A DNA stretch of 64,000 nucleotides from Patescibacteria group bacterium. GTDB lineage: Bacteria > Patescibacteriota > Microgenomatia > UBA8517. Under the pieces are notes generated by a model. That model was not told the DNA's origin. It ran no database searches and saw only the letters and a program-made list of their open reading frames with translations. The stretch lies in contig JADFPI010000001.1 in assembly GCA_022562395.1 (NCBI GenBank), forward strand, positions 1,456 to 65,455. Reading direction: 5' to 3'. This document shows, piece after piece, positions 16,701 to 27,878 of the stretch. Made by a program: the position numbers and the translations under genes. Numbering within the stretch: position 1 is the stretch's first letter; the number at the start of each line of letters is the position of its first letter.

Positions 16701-17040
16701 CCAACAGCCATTGGGTGGAAAGGCCCAGATGGGGGGACAGCGTTTAGGAGAAATGGAGGTTTGGGCTCTTGAGGCTCACAGAGCTGCTTACACGTTGCAA
16801 GAGATGTTAACTATTAAAAGTGACGATGTGCTTGGTCGAGATAGAGCCTTTGAGGCGATTGTCAAAGGAGTTGAAATTCCCGAAGCAACGGTACCTGAGA
16901 GCTTTAAAGTTTTAGTTCGTGAACTTAACTCCCTGGGTCTTTCTATTGAAGCAAAGGGGACAGTAGCCGTTAAAGAGGAGGAAAAACCAAAGGACGATGA
17001 AGCAGAAAAACTTGCTCAAGCATCGGGGGCCAAAAATTAA
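13705..17040 (+). CDS. rpoB: DNA-directed RNA polymerase subunit beta
   Basis: 1111-aa ORF with canonical beta-subunit regions. The true start may be the internal MAQVKRR at 13729. Confidence 0.95.
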   Translation: MTAESFILMAQVKRRNFGKEEGKLPKLDLSAVQIESWEGFITEGIAQEISEITPINDFTGKNWQLTLGEHILGEPSISPGVASEKGLTHSSPLKVKTTLINKKTGKEVRQEVFMGDLPQMTSRGTFIVNGVERAVINQLVRSPGIYFSGELDVSSGRMLYKAEVRPLHGSWLEFEVNRNGVMAARIDRRRKVTATILLRAMGIETEKELKEVFKEVDNNPQHRYLESTLEKDPTGNREEALLEIFRKLRPGEPAVLENAEELFNNLFFEPRRYNLGKVGRFKINKRLGLKLPNDKSTWVLTRQDIIGTISYLIGLQNGEGRVDDIDHLANRRLRRVGELVATNSFRIGLLRLERSVKEKMSLISPDDKPIPANLINARPLIASLNEFFRSNQLSTILDDTNPLSEIDNLRRVSVLGPGGINRERASFSIRDVNSSQYGRIDPVRSPEGPNIGLVTYLALYARVNEYGFLETPYRKVKKVRKGRKIKAKVTDEIEYLAADDEEGYHITHSGVGTDGHGYITDSRVALRYKSEFIEGASELVDYIDISPRQVVGASASLIPFLAHDEGNRALMGSNMQCQAVPLVKTESPIVGTGMEGPIAEGMGRVIKARNAGTVQSADASQVVVKLHKKTSDFSSEEIEVKDSGKQEAYTITKFKKTSHSTCYNQRVLVKEGQKIKAGDILADGPAMEEGELALGQNLLVAYCSFEGYGFEDAILISDRLVKEDLMTSIHIEEYEADIVDTKLGPEELTRDIPNVAESDLVNLAEDGIVVVGAEVGPNDILVGKIAPKGETELTAEERLLRAIFGEKAREVRDTSLRVPHGQKGIVVDVQILDREKGDELGPGVLKRVIVRVAQMRKITVGDKVAGRHGNKGVIAKIMPVADMPHLEDGTPIDVIISPLSVLARMNLGQLLECHLGWALSKRGERAQVPVFEKVTEDIITKELKDSGLPVSGKAQLYDGRTGEAFKEDTVVGIGYIMKLIHMVEDKTHARSTGPYSLVTQQPLGGKAQMGGQRLGEMEVWALEAHRAAYTLQEMLTIKSDDVLGRDRAFEAIVKGVEIPEATVPESFKVLVRELNSLGLSIEAKGTVAVKEEEKPKDDEAEKLAQASGAKN

Positions 17041-17164
17041 GGTAACCGATGAGTTGTTGATGCCGACTGGACCGATGGAAATAGAGGAGGCCAAAGCTTA
17101 AACTCGAAGCACGAAAGATATCAGAAATTGGCTGTTAGAAATATGAATTTAGGATTTTAAAACT

Positions 17165-20100
17165 ATGGAGCCTTTAACAAACGTCAGAAATCTAAGTGAC
17201 TTTAAGAGTTTGGTTATTCGTCTTGCATCACCCGAGGAGATAAGGGAATGGTCGAGGGGTGAGGTTACCAAGCCCGAAACGATAAATTACAGAACCTTAA
17301 AGCCTGAAAAGGACGGACTTTTTGACGAGCGCATTTTCGGACCAACAAAAGATTGGGAGTGCTACTGTGGAAAATATAAAAGAATTCGCTTCAAGGGAGT
17401 TGTTTGTGACAAGTGTGGAGTCGAGGTTACTCAAAGCAGAGTTAGAAGGGAGAGAATGGGACATATAAACCTTGCTTCTCCTGTGGTGCACGTTTGGTTT
17501 TTTAAGGGCGCCCCTTCAAAGATCTCTCTCCTTTTAGGGGTTCCGCCCCGTGCAGTTGAGCAGGTAATTTATTTTGCCAAATATTTAATCACAAAAGTAG
17601 ACGATAAAAAGAGGAAAGAGGCGATGGGAGCATTAGAAAAAGTAAGAAGCGAGCGCGAGAATGAAATCAAGGGCACATTTAAGGAGCGAAGGAAGCTTCT
17701 TGCCAAAGAAGTAAAAGAAGCTAAAGAGAAAGTTAGGAAAAAGATTAAAGATAAAGAACAGGCAACTCTTGCTGTTAACGAAATAGATTTGGACGACAGG
17801 AAGAAAGAAACAGCCCTTTTAGAAGAAGAGAAGCAGGTTCAAGAGCAAACGGACAAACTTTTTAGTAATTTAGCCTCTCTGGCTAGAAGCATTAAGCCCC
17901 TGAGTATTCTAAGCGAAGAGGAGTACGACCAACTGGAGAATTACTCAGCCGCCGATTTTATGGAAGTTAAGATGGGTGCCGAGGCTGTTCTTTCGGCAAT
18001 TGAAAAAATTAATTTAGAGGAGCTTGTCGCCAATCTTCGAGAAGAAATTGAAGGATTAAGAGGAAAGGGAGCTCGTTATGTAAAGCTGGTCAAAAGACTT
18101 AAGCTGGCGGATGGCCTGCGGCGGGCAAAGATAGACGCCTCCTGGGTTGTTCTTAAAGTATTGCCGGTACTGCCCCCGGACCTTCGCCCAATGGTTCAGC
18201 TTTCTGGAGGCCGATTTGCCACCAGCGATTTAAACGATTTATACCGAAGGGTAATTAATAGGAATAACAGGTTAAAACACTTGATTGAATTGGGAGCACC
18301 CGAGATTATTTTGAGAAACGAAAAGAGAATGCTCCAGGAATCGGTGGATTCTCTGATAGACGCGTCTCAAAGGAAGGCCACCAGAAGGGGAAGGGGAAGG
18401 CAAGTTTTGCGCTCACTTTCCGATATGTTAAAGGGCAAGCAAGGTCGCTTTCGTCAGAACTTATTGGGAAAAAGGGTCGATTATTCGGGCCGTTCAGTCA
18501 TTATAGTTGGTCCTGAACTAAAGCTTTCAGAGTGTGGATTGCCCAAGGAAATGGCCCTTGAGATGTTTAAGCCTTTTGTTCTTCGCGAGATGATTGCAAG
18601 GGGTCTTGCACCTAACGTTAAAAGCGCAAAAAACATGCTTGAAAGAAGACCCCCTGAAGTTTTTGATATTTTGGAAGAAATTACCGAAAATCACCCAGTT
18701 CTACTGAACCGCGCGCCAACTCTTCACAAGCTAAGCATCCAGGCATTTTACCCCGTATTGATTGAGGGTAGCGCAATTAGGCTTCACCCGGCGGTTTGCT
18801 CCGGTTTTAATGCGGACTTTGACGGAGACCAGATGGCTGTTCATGTTCCTCTTTCCAGAAGGGCAATCGAGGAGGCCAAAGAGCTTATGCTTCCTGACAA
18901 AAACCTTCTTAGGCCAGCTGATGGTTCTCCGATAACAACTCCTGCCAGCAAAGAAATGGCATTAGGAGTCTATTATTTGACAAGTATTGACCCAAGGCTA
19001 AAGGAAAATGACTCCATATTTTCAGATGAACAAGAAGCAATTTTTTCTCATCAGGTGGGGAAGATTGAGCTGAGACAAAAGATGGTAGTTAGGATAAAAG
19101 GAAAGCTTATTACTACCACAATTGGGCGGATTATGTTCAACGAGGTGTTGCCGGCGAACTTTGACTACGTAAACGAAGCCGTTACCTCAACGGTGATAAA
19201 AGAGCTTTTCTCAAAAGCTTATGCTGGCGTTGAAGGTGAAAAGGTTGTCGAAATGGTGGACGCGATTAAAACCCTCGGGTTTTATGGAGGGACAATCTCG
19301 GGCCTTTCGTTTGGAGTTCTGGACATAAAGATTCTACCGGAGAAGGAAGAAATGCTTGAAGAAGCAGAGAAAAAAGTAACCGAAATTGAGAAGAATTACT
19401 CCCAGGGACTGATAACGATAGAGGAAAAAAGGCGTTTAGCTCAGGAGGTTTGGATAAACGTTACAGAGGATTTGGCCGAAAAAACGTGGGAATCCTTTGA
19501 ACCTACAAGCCCAATACGTGTTGTCATTGACGCGAAGGTTGGTCGTGCCTCGCGCGACCAAGTAAAACAGCTTGCCGCAATTAGAGGTTTGGTTGTTGAC
19601 CCCTTGGGAAAAATTGTAGAGTTGCCGATAAAAAGTAACTTTCGTGAGGGGCTATCTGTCTTTGAGTACGTAACTTCATCGCGTGGTTCAAGAAAAGGAT
19701 TGACTGATACGGCTATAAAAACAGCAGACGCCGGATATTTGACCAGAAGACTGGTAGATGTTGCCCATGATGCGATAGTTAGGCTCGAAGATTGCGGCAC
19801 AAATGAGGCAATTGTTATAACGAGGAATACCCGTCCCAAGTCCTTTACCTCAAGGATTAGGGGAAGAATTGCCGCCGAAGATGTGCTGGTTCCAAAAGCA
19901 AAAAAGAAGTTGGTATTAAAAGGTGAATTAATAAGCGAAGAGAAAGCTGAACAAATCGACAAAAAGGAGGTTGAAAAGGTTTCGATACGCTCCCCTCTTA
20001 CCTGTGGGGCAAGATACGGAATTTGTGTAGCCTGTTATGGATGGGATTTATCCGACAAGAAGATGGTTAACGTAGGCACGCCTGTTGGAGTTATTGCAGC

Positions 20101-20896
20101 CCAGTCGATTGGAGAGCCGGGAACCCAGTTGACACTTAGAACAAAACACGCGGCTGGGGCGGTTGGAGTCGACGTTACCCAGGGGTTACCCCGGGTGGAG
20201 GAGCTTTTTGAGGCCAGAACTCCCAAGATTCTCTCTCATCTTTCCGAGATTCCCGGAAAAGTAAAAGTAACAGAAACAGAGGCAGGTTGGAAAGTGAAGG
20301 TGACAAACTCCCAAACAAAGCCCGTCGAGGAGAGAGAGTATCTTATACCAAAAACTCAAGAAGTGACGGTAGAGGATAAGCAGTTAATTAGTGCCGGGAC
20401 TCAACTTGCATCAGGCTCCCTAGATATAAAAGAGGTTTTATCACTAAAGGGGCTGAGAGAAGCACAGGAGTATTTGGTTAATGAGGTTCAAAAAGTTTAT
20501 GAGAGTCAAGGTATCCCAATAGACGACAGGCACTTTGAGGTAATTATCAGAAAAATGAGTGATGAGGTAAGAATTGTAACTCCGGGTGATACCCCACTTT
20601 TGCCAGGAGAGCTAGTTGATAAAGCCTTGTTCGAAGAAGAGAACGAAAAGGTTCTAGCTGCAGGTGGTGAACCAGCCTCAGCTCAGCAGATAGTGCTCGG
20701 TATTACAAGAAGGGCACTTTATACGGCAAGCTGGCTGTCGGCTGCTTCATTTGAACAAACTACTGACGTTTTGACAGAGGCAGCTCTTCTTGCAAGAGAA
20801 GATAGGCTTTTAGGTCTTAAGGAAAATGTGATTATTGGAAGACTAATACCAGTTACTCCGGAGCGTGCTGTCTTGCAGCAAGGTCTGAAGTCATAG
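17165..20896 (+). CDS. rpoC: DNA-directed RNA polymerase subunit beta'
   Basis: 1243 aa with the zinc-binding [23 protein letters not shown] and the NADFDGD active site. Confidence 0.95.
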   Translation: MEPLTNVRNLSDFKSLVIRLASPEEIREWSRGEVTKPETINYRTLKPEKDGLFDERIFGPTKDWECYCGKYKRIRFKGVVCDKCGVEVTQSRVRRERMGHINLASPVVHVWFFKGAPSKISLLLGVPPRAVEQVIYFAKYLITKVDDKKRKEAMGALEKVRSERENEIKGTFKERRKLLAKEVKEAKEKVRKKIKDKEQATLAVNEIDLDDRKKETALLEEEKQVQEQTDKLFSNLASLARSIKPLSILSEEEYDQLENYSAADFMEVKMGAEAVLSAIEKINLEELVANLREEIEGLRGKGARYVKLVKRLKLADGLRRAKIDASWVVLKVLPVLPPDLRPMVQLSGGRFATSDLNDLYRRVINRNNRLKHLIELGAPEIILRNEKRMLQESVDSLIDASQRKATRRGRGRQVLRSLSDMLKGKQGRFRQNLLGKRVDYSGRSVIIVGPELKLSECGLPKEMALEMFKPFVLREMIARGLAPNVKSAKNMLERRPPEVFDILEEITENHPVLLNRAPTLHKLSIQAFYPVLIEGSAIRLHPAVCSGFNADFDGDQMAVHVPLSRRAIEEAKELMLPDKNLLRPADGSPITTPASKEMALGVYYLTSIDPRLKENDSIFSDEQEAIFSHQVGKIELRQKMVVRIKGKLITTTIGRIMFNEVLPANFDYVNEAVTSTVIKELFSKAYAGVEGEKVVEMVDAIKTLGFYGGTISGLSFGVLDIKILPEKEEMLEEAEKKVTEIEKNYSQGLITIEEKRRLAQEVWINVTEDLAEKTWESFEPTSPIRVVIDAKVGRASRDQVKQLAAIRGLVVDPLGKIVELPIKSNFREGLSVFEYVTSSRGSRKGLTDTAIKTADAGYLTRRLVDVAHDAIVRLEDCGTNEAIVITRNTRPKSFTSRIRGRIAAEDVLVPKAKKKLVLKGELISEEKAEQIDKKEVEKVSIRSPLTCGARYGICVACYGWDLSDKKMVNVGTPVGVIAAQSIGEPGTQLTLRTKHAAGAVGVDVTQGLPRVEELFEARTPKILSHLSEIPGKVKVTETEAGWKVKVTNSQTKPVEEREYLIPKTQEVTVEDKQLISAGTQLASGSLDIKEVLSLKGLREAQEYLVNEVQKVYESQGIPIDDRHFEVIIRKMSDEVRIVTPGDTPLLPGELVDKALFEEENEKVLAAGGEPASAQQIVLGITRRALYTASWLSAASFEQTTDVLTEAALLAREDRLLGLKENVIIGRLIPVTPERAVLQQGLKS

Positions 20897-20978
20897 TAAA
20901 ATACGAGCTTGTAAGTCAAAATTCAAAATATTGAATTATAATTTAAGTTTTGAGTTTTTACGTTTTAAGTTAATTATC

Positions 20979-21464
20979 ATGCCTACTGTATCACAATTAG
21001 TAAGACATGGCAGGAAAAAGCCAGTAAAAAAGGTGAAAAAAGCTGCCTTGAGGCGCTGGTTTTCTGCAAAAGACAGAAAGTTTGGAGAATACACCTCTCC
21101 CTTTAAGCGGGGGGTGGTACTTTCCGTAAGAACGATGACTCCCAAAAAGCCGAATTCTGCACTAAGAAAAGTAGCCCGAGTGAGACTTTCCAACAAACAA
21201 GAGGTAACGGTTTATATTCCCGGAGAAGGACACGAGTTGGCCGAGCACTCCATTGTTCTTGTTCGCGGAGGAAGAGTCAAAGATTTACCGGGGGTGAAGT
21301 ATCAGGTAGTCCGTGGAACATACGACACCGCGGGTGTTGTAGGAAGAAAGACCTCAAGAAGCCGTTACGGGACGAAGAAAGGTGGGGTTATAGCTCCCGC
21401 TTCCACGCCAACTGAAGTAGAAAAATCTGATGAGACACCCGAAACTAAATCAACCACGACCTAA
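20979..21464 (+). CDS. rpsL: 30S ribosomal protein S12 with a ~30-aa C-terminal extension
   Basis: Starts [14 protein letters not shown]. Track ORF 20931 begins upstream with no SD and is rejected. Carries a C-terminal [22 protein letters not shown] tail. Confidence 0.9.
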   Translation: MPTVSQLVRHGRKKPVKKVKKAALRRWFSAKDRKFGEYTSPFKRGVVLSVRTMTPKKPNSALRKVARVRLSNKQEVTVYIPGEGHELAEHSIVLVRGGRVKDLPGVKYQVVRGTYDTAGVVGRKTSRSRYGTKKGGVIAPASTPTEVEKSDETPETKSTTT

Positions 21465-21485
21465 TTAACAGATTAACATTTATTT

Positions 21486-21965
21486 ATGCCAAGAAGAGGA
21501 TCAGTTAGAAAAAGAAAAGAAAGCGGCGACCCAATTTACAAAAACAGGCTGGTCGCCAAACTTATAAATAGAAGTATGCGCGACGGTAAAAAAAGCGTCA
21601 TCCAGAAACAAGTCTACAAGGCGCTTGATTTGGTTAAGGAAAAGGAAAAAGACGACCCGATAAAAATTTTTTCCCGGGCGCTTGATAATATCAAGCCAAC
21701 GATGGAGGTTAGACCGAGGCGAGTCGGAGGAGCCGCTTATCAAGTTCCAATGCCTGTAAGAGGCTCAAGGCGCGAATCTCTGGCAATCCGTTGGCTCATT
21801 TTTGCAGCTCGTGCCCTGCCAAATTCTGAATATCACACGTATGCTGAAAAGTTAGCCTTCGAGATTATGGAGGCTGCAAAAAAGGAAGGCGGGGCAGTTA
21901 AAAGGCGCCGAGATATGGAGCGTATGGCAGAGGCCAATAGAGCGTTTGCTCACTTTCGCTGGTAA
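21486..21965 (+). CDS. rpsG: 30S ribosomal protein S7
   Basis: MPRRGSVRKRK...LVAKLINRSMRDGKKS. Confidence 0.95.
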   Translation: MPRRGSVRKRKESGDPIYKNRLVAKLINRSMRDGKKSVIQKQVYKALDLVKEKEKDDPIKIFSRALDNIKPTMEVRPRRVGGAAYQVPMPVRGSRRESLAIRWLIFAARALPNSEYHTYAEKLAFEIMEAAKKEGGAVKRRRDMERMAEANRAFAHFRW

Positions 21966-21968
21966 GGC

Positions 21969-22154
21969 TCAAATGCTCTTTTTTGGTCCTTCCTCTATTT
22001 CCACATCGCCCGATATCTCAACTTTCTTGAAGTGTTGGCCGTAGTGGGTACAATCTTTTGTTTGGCAGACGTGCGCCCCTGCGTCGTGCTCCTCTTGGCT
22101 TACCTCTGCCTTACAAGTACCCGCACAAACGTACTTGACTTTCTTTTCTTCCAA
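21969..22154 (-). CDS. small Cys-rich protein (about 61 aa; CxxxC...CxxxxC, putative zinc ribbon) antisense within the str operon
   Basis: TTG start at 22154, preceded by a perfect SD AGGAGG (22164-22169) and an extended -10 TGGTATAAT (22182-22190). Product MEEKKVKYVCAGTCKAEVSQEEHDAGAHVCQTKDCTHYGQHF.... Track ORF 21969..22202 extends upstream of the SD. Confidence 0.55.
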   Translation of the reverse strand: MEEKKVKYVCAGTCKAEVSQEEHDAGAHVCQTKDCTHYGQHFKKVEISGDVEIEEGPKKSI

Positions 22155-22181
22155 AAAATTCACCTCCTTAACTTGATAGAA

Positions 22182-22190
22182 ATTATACCA
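22182..22190 (-). promoter_or_regulatory. Extended -10 (rc TGGTATAAT) for the small Cys-rich gene
   Basis: Plus strand reads attatacca. Confidence 0.55.
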
Positions 22191-22307
22191 GACTATCCGC
22201 AAGCGCCTGTATTCTCGCCCACTTCAGGTCGTAAGCGTGTGTTGATTTAATACTTATTGACTGGTAAAATCCTTCAAGGAAGCGAGAGGCCGCGTACCAT
22301 GCGGTTA

Positions 22308-22332
22308 CACGGTAAGCTTCCGTGTTTTTTTT
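22308..22332 (+). terminator. Intrinsic terminator-like hairpin CACGG-taagctt-CCGTG + T8, 34 nt upstream of fusA
   Basis: 5-bp stem followed by eight T. Confidence 0.6.
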
Positions 22333-22365
22333 GTTAAGATAAGAAAGTTAATTAACTTAAATACA

Positions 22366-24528
22366 ATGCCTGCACAACAACATAAGAAAAAATCGGCCAT
22401 GGTTATGACGACCACCAAGGACCGTGATGTCCCCATGGAGTTAATCCGAAATATTGGGATTATTGCCCATATTGATGCAGGAAAAACAACCACCACCGAG
22501 CGGATTCTTTTTGAAACCGGAAAAACTTACAAGCTCGGCTCGGTTGACGAAGGAACGACGGTAACTGATTGGATGGAGCAGGAGCGAGAGCGAGGAATTA
22601 CCATAGTATCGGCCGCGATTACTACTTTTTGGGAGCTTAAAAAGGGTGGGGTAGTAAATAAAGGTCGTTATCGAGTAAATATTATTGATACTCCAGGACA
22701 CATTGATTTTACGGCCGAGGTTGAGAGAAGTTTAAGGGTTTTAGATGGAGCCATCATGGTTTTTGACGGACGTACCGGAGTAGAAAGTCAGTCCGAAACC
22801 GTTTGGAGGCAGGCCGACCGCTACGGTGTTCCTCGTATGTGTATTTTAAATAAACTGAATCTTATTGGCGCAGACTTCGAAGGAAGTATTGCTTCAATTA
22901 AAGAGAGATTGGGCGCAAACGCGGCCCCAATTCAAGTCCCAATAGGCTTGGAACATGGTCTTCGCGGGGTTGTCGACTTAGTAACCATGAAAGCCTACAC
23001 CTACAAAGGGATTGAGGATAATAAATTACGCGAAGTTGAAATTCCCCAAGAAGTTATGGCGACTTCAAAAAAATACCGACAAGAGCTAATTGAAAAAGCG
23101 TCTGAGTACGACGATGTTGCCCTGGCGAAATATTTAGAAGGGAAGGAGCCGACAGAGATTGAACTTAAGCGGGCGATAAGAGTAGGGGTAATATCGGGTA
23201 AATTCTTCCCAGTTTTAGGTGGAGATAATCGGACCGTCTTTGTTCAACTTTTACTCGACGCCGTAGTAGAGTATCTTCCGTCGCCCATTGATTTACCGGC
23301 AGCAGAAGGTGAAAATCCAAAAACCGGCAAGAAGGAGACTCGTGAGCCTAAAAACGACGCCCCTTTTTCGGCACTATCTTTTAAGGTTGTTACCGACCCG
23401 CATGTCGGACGACTCGTTTATTTAAGAATTTATTCTGGCAAGCTCAAATCCGGAGAGAAGGTTTACAATGCAACGAAACAAAGAACCGAAAGAGTCGGGA
23501 AACTTGTACTTCTCCACGCCGACCAGAGAGAGCTACTCGACGAGGCATATGCAGGAGAGATAGTTGCCGCCGTTGGAATAAAGGACACGACAACAGGCGA
23601 TACTGTTTGCGACATTAACTACCCGATTTTATTCGAGTCGATTAGATTTCCTGAGCCGGTTATCTCTTTGGCGATAGAGCCGGCTACCAAAGCAGACCAA
23701 GAGAAAATGGGCCTAGCCTTGAAGAAACTCTCTGACGAGGATCCGACCTTTAAGATTAAGTCGGACCAAGAAACAGGACAAACTATAATCTCCGGAATGG
23801 GAGAACTGCAGCTCGAGATTTTGGTCGACAGGATGAAGCGAGAGTTTGGTGTTACGGCAAGAACTGGAAAGCCCCAAGTAGCCTACAAAGAAACAATTAA
23901 AAAGATATCAACCGGTGAGGGTAAGTATATCAGACAAACCGGAGGCAGAGGACAGTACGGCCATTGTTTTTTAAGAATTGAGCCTTTGGGCCGTGGAGAA
24001 GGATACAAGTTTGAATCAGAAATTAAAGGTGCAGCAATTCCATCTGAGTTTATTCCCTCGATTGAAAAAGGAGTCCGCGGAAAGATGGAAAAGGGTATTT
24101 TGGCGGGATATCCGATGACGGATATGAAAGTTATTGTTTATAACGGAACATTTCATGAAGTTGACTCCTCCGACATTGCCTTCAAAATCGCCGGCTCGCT
24201 TGCATTAAGTGAGGCTGCCAAGGGAGCGGACATGGTTCTTTTGGAGCCAATCATGAAGGTTGAGGCGACCACGCCGGAGGAGTTCATGGGAGATATTATC
24301 GGAAACCTATCAGCAAAAAGAGCCCAAATCCAGGGCACAGAAAAGAAAGGTAATTTGATTATAATTTTAGCCCTTGCGCCTTTGGCCGAACTTGCCGGTT
24401 ACGCTACTAAAATTCGCTCAATTTCCCAGGGAAGAGCCTCTTTCTATATGGAGCCTAGTCACTACGAGGAAGTGCCTAGTAACATCGCCGAAAAATTAAT
24501 AGAAAGTAAAGGTGACGATAGAAATTAA
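22366..24528 (+). CDS. fusA: elongation factor G
   Basis: AHIDAGKTTTTE G1 motif, DTPGH and a full domain layout. Confidence 0.95.
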   Translation: MPAQQHKKKSAMVMTTTKDRDVPMELIRNIGIIAHIDAGKTTTTERILFETGKTYKLGSVDEGTTVTDWMEQERERGITIVSAAITTFWELKKGGVVNKGRYRVNIIDTPGHIDFTAEVERSLRVLDGAIMVFDGRTGVESQSETVWRQADRYGVPRMCILNKLNLIGADFEGSIASIKERLGANAAPIQVPIGLEHGLRGVVDLVTMKAYTYKGIEDNKLREVEIPQEVMATSKKYRQELIEKASEYDDVALAKYLEGKEPTEIELKRAIRVGVISGKFFPVLGGDNRTVFVQLLLDAVVEYLPSPIDLPAAEGENPKTGKKETREPKNDAPFSALSFKVVTDPHVGRLVYLRIYSGKLKSGEKVYNATKQRTERVGKLVLLHADQRELLDEAYAGEIVAAVGIKDTTTGDTVCDINYPILFESIRFPEPVISLAIEPATKADQEKMGLALKKLSDEDPTFKIKSDQETGQTIISGMGELQLEILVDRMKREFGVTARTGKPQVAYKETIKKISTGEGKYIRQTGGRGQYGHCFLRIEPLGRGEGYKFESEIKGAAIPSEFIPSIEKGVRGKMEKGILAGYPMTDMKVIVYNGTFHEVDSSDIAFKIAGSLALSEAAKGADMVLLEPIMKVEATTPEEFMGDIIGNLSAKRAQIQGTEKKGNLIIILALAPLAELAGYATKIRSISQGRASFYMEPSHYEEVPSNIAEKLIESKGDDRN

Positions 24529-24538
24529 GTTTTGCTTA

Positions 24539-24568
24539 TTGACAGTTTAATTCGTGCCTAGATATAAT
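24539..24568 (+). promoter_or_regulatory. Consensus promoter TTGACA-N17-(A)TATAAT for tuf
   Basis: -35 at 24539-24544 and -10 at 24563-24568. Confidence 0.65.
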
Positions 24569-24576
24569 ACGAACAT

Positions 24577-24593
24577 ACCGCGTCTGGCGCGGT
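24577..24593 (+). promoter_or_regulatory. tuf leader hairpin ACCGCG-tctgg-CGCGGT followed by a T-rich tract
   Basis: 6-bp stem in the 5' UTR. Confidence 0.4.
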
Positions 24594-24634
24594 TTAGTTT
24601 GTGATTAGGTATTGTTAAGTAATATAATAAAAAT

Positions 24635-25837
<1,203 letters not shown>

Positions 25838-25885
25838 ATATTTAATTTACACCCTAATTTGGGGAAAGTTGCACTTTAAGGGAAT

Positions 25886-26194
25886 ATGCCGCAAGGACGT
25901 CTTCGAATAAAGCTAAAATCTTATGACCACCGCGTCATAGACGAGGCGGCGGCTAAGATATTGGATACAGCAATTGCAACCGGTGCAAAAATTGTTGGTC
26001 CGGTTCCCCTTCCCACTAAGCGCACCGTCATTCCTGTTCAAAAATCTCCCTTTACAGACAAAGACGCTCGAGAGCATTTTGAGATTTTGGTTCACAAGAG
26101 GCTAATTGATCTCATTGACCCTTCCGAGCGAACAATAGATTCCCTCTCGAACCTCGACCTCCCGGCAGGTGTCTCGATTGAGATAAAAATGTAA
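25886..26194 (+). CDS. rpsJ: 30S ribosomal protein S10
   Basis: RLRIKLKSYDHRVIDEAAAKI. Confidence 0.95.
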   Translation: MPQGRLRIKLKSYDHRVIDEAAAKILDTAIATGAKIVGPVPLPTKRTVIPVQKSPFTDKDAREHFEILVHKRLIDLIDPSERTIDSLSNLDLPAGVSIEIKM

Positions 26195-26198
26195 AATC

Positions 26199-26227
26199 TT
26201 GCCCCTTTGTGCTTCATTTGGTATACT
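26199..26227 (+). promoter_or_regulatory. Candidate promoter TTGCCC-N17-TATACT right after rpsJ
   Basis: -35-like at 26199-26204 and -10-like at 26222-26227. Weak. Confidence 0.3.
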
Positions 26228-26292
26228 TTGCCTAACGTGGAGTGGTTCGTCGTAAATAGCCACGATTAGTTTTTTAGGATGTGCCAATTCGA

Positions 26293-26314
26293 GGCGCCTC
26301 CGGCGCCTTTTTTT
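26293..26314 (+). terminator. Intrinsic terminator GGCGCC-tcc-GGCGCC + T7 between rpsJ and rplC
   Basis: Perfect 6-bp GC stem with a 3-nt loop, then TTTTTTT. Confidence 0.7.
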
Positions 26315-26409
26315 GTGCTCGGATTTTCTAAGCACAACCATGGAGAGAGCGAAGCGAACGACAGGGTCTTTGTAATCGCCGAGATTCTATCGCTACGCTC
26401 CAGAATATT

Positions 26410-27186
26410 ATGCTAAATACACTTTTAGGAACAAAGGGACAAATGGGACAAGCCTTCATCGAAGGCGATAGAATTCCTGTTACAAAAATATCTGCGGGAC
26501 CCTGTGTTGTTACCCAAATTAAAAAGGAGGGAAAGGATGGATATTGGGCAGTGCAACTTGGATATGGAGCGAAGAAGATTGGCAAGGTTACCAAGCCAAT
26601 GCAAGGACACCTGAAAGGCGCCACTGAAGGAAAAATGGCGCCTCGTTTTTTGCGCGAGGCCAGGTTAAGCGAAAAGCCGGAATTTAAAGTCGGAGACAAG
26701 GTAGAAGTCTCCGATATTTTTTCTGTCGGAGACAAGGTCGCCGTAACCGGAGTTTCCAAGGGCAAGGGCTTTGCGGGGGTAGTAAAGCGTTGGGGTTTTA
26801 AAGGAGGCCCTAAAACTCACGGGCAATCTGACCGTCCGAGGTCAGCTGGCTCTATTGGCCAAGGGACAACTCCAGGTCGAGTATGGAAGGGCAAAAAAAT
26901 GCCTGGCCGAATGGGTAATCTAAGGAAAACTATTAGCGGCTTGCAAATTACCTCTATTGACCTTGAAACAGGCGAGATTTCTGTTTCGGGCCCCGTACCC
27001 GGAACCTACGGCAGCTTATTGGTTATTAAAAAACTTTCTTCCGGGAAACTTGAGGAGCTTCTTAAAGGAACACAAAAGAGGGTTGTAGAAGGCAAAGAGG
27101 AAGAAGGTGTTGGGGAAGAAGGAGAGCTTAAAGAAGAAAAGAAGGAAAGAGAGAACGAAGGAGAGAAAGGAGTAAAAAATGATTAG
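26410..27186 (+). CDS. rplC: 50S ribosomal protein L3 with a Glu/Lys-rich C-terminal extension
   Basis: L3 core motifs plus a tail EGKEEEGVGEEGELKEEKKERENEGEKGVKND. Confidence 0.93.
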   Translation: MLNTLLGTKGQMGQAFIEGDRIPVTKISAGPCVVTQIKKEGKDGYWAVQLGYGAKKIGKVTKPMQGHLKGATEGKMAPRFLREARLSEKPEFKVGDKVEVSDIFSVGDKVAVTGVSKGKGFAGVVKRWGFKGGPKTHGQSDRPRSAGSIGQGTTPGRVWKGKKMPGRMGNLRKTISGLQITSIDLETGEISVSGPVPGTYGSLLVIKKLSSGKLEELLKGTQKRVVEGKEEEGVGEEGELKEEKKERENEGEKGVKND

Positions 27187-27847
27187 AGTAAATTTGTACA
27201 CCGCGAAAGGTATAAAAAAATCTAGTATTAACTTGCCAAAGAAGTTTAGCGAGAAAGAGAATTTTGTCCTTTTGGCTCAAGCTCTTAGAGTATATGAAGC
27301 CAGAAAGCACCCGGGCTTATCCAAAGTAAAATCCAGGGGTGAGGTTTCTTTGACAACTAGAAAATTGTACCGCCAAAAAGGTACCGGTCGAGCTAGGCAC
27401 GGTGCGCGCTCAGCCCCAATTTTTGTAGGCGGTGGTGTTGCCCACGGGCCAAAAGGGGTCAAAAGAGAACTTTCTCTTCCAAAAAAAATGCGCCAAAAAG
27501 CGCTCAATATTGCGCTAAGCCTGAAAGCCCAAAATGGCGAGGTCGTTGCGGTGAGCGGACTCGATACTTTGAAAAAGACAAAAGAGGCTAAAAAACTGAT
27601 CGATAGCCTGCTTGCCAAAGAAAAAAAAGAAGGGAAAAAGACAACCTTTGTCTTGTCAGAAGCAAGTAAAAACGCGTCCTTGGCGCTAAGGAATATCAAG
27701 GGTGTTGCGATAGTTGATTTTAAAAGCCTCAACGCTTACCAGGTTTATTTTGGCGGAGTTTTAGTGGTTGATAAAAAAGCAATCGCAAAAACACAAAAAG
27801 GCAAACACAGAAACTCAAAACGGACGCAAGGATACAAAAACCCTTAG
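27179..27847 (+). CDS. rplD: 50S ribosomal protein L4
   Basis: Family match and synteny. Confidence 0.93.
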   Translation: MIRVNLYTAKGIKKSSINLPKKFSEKENFVLLAQALRVYEARKHPGLSKVKSRGEVSLTTRKLYRQKGTGRARHGARSAPIFVGGGVAHGPKGVKRELSLPKKMRQKALNIALSLKAQNGEVVAVSGLDTLKKTKEAKKLIDSLLAKEKKEGKKTTFVLSEASKNASLALRNIKGVAIVDFKSLNAYQVYFGGVLVVDKKAIAKTQKGKHRNSKRTQGYKNP

Positions 27848-27878
27848 TGCTTTAGTGTGAATTTGGTGATTTAGTGAT

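Noticed and set aside
19441-19962. 173-aa minus-strand ORF inside rpoC, and similar antisense ORFs inside rplC (26328-26765), rplD (27277-27732), rpsC/rplP (30597-31061), the GH28-like gene (47241-47738) and the dockerin genes (48908-49117, 51129-51677).
   Set aside because: They are antisense to highly conserved genes with no promoter or SD; typical shadow ORFs.
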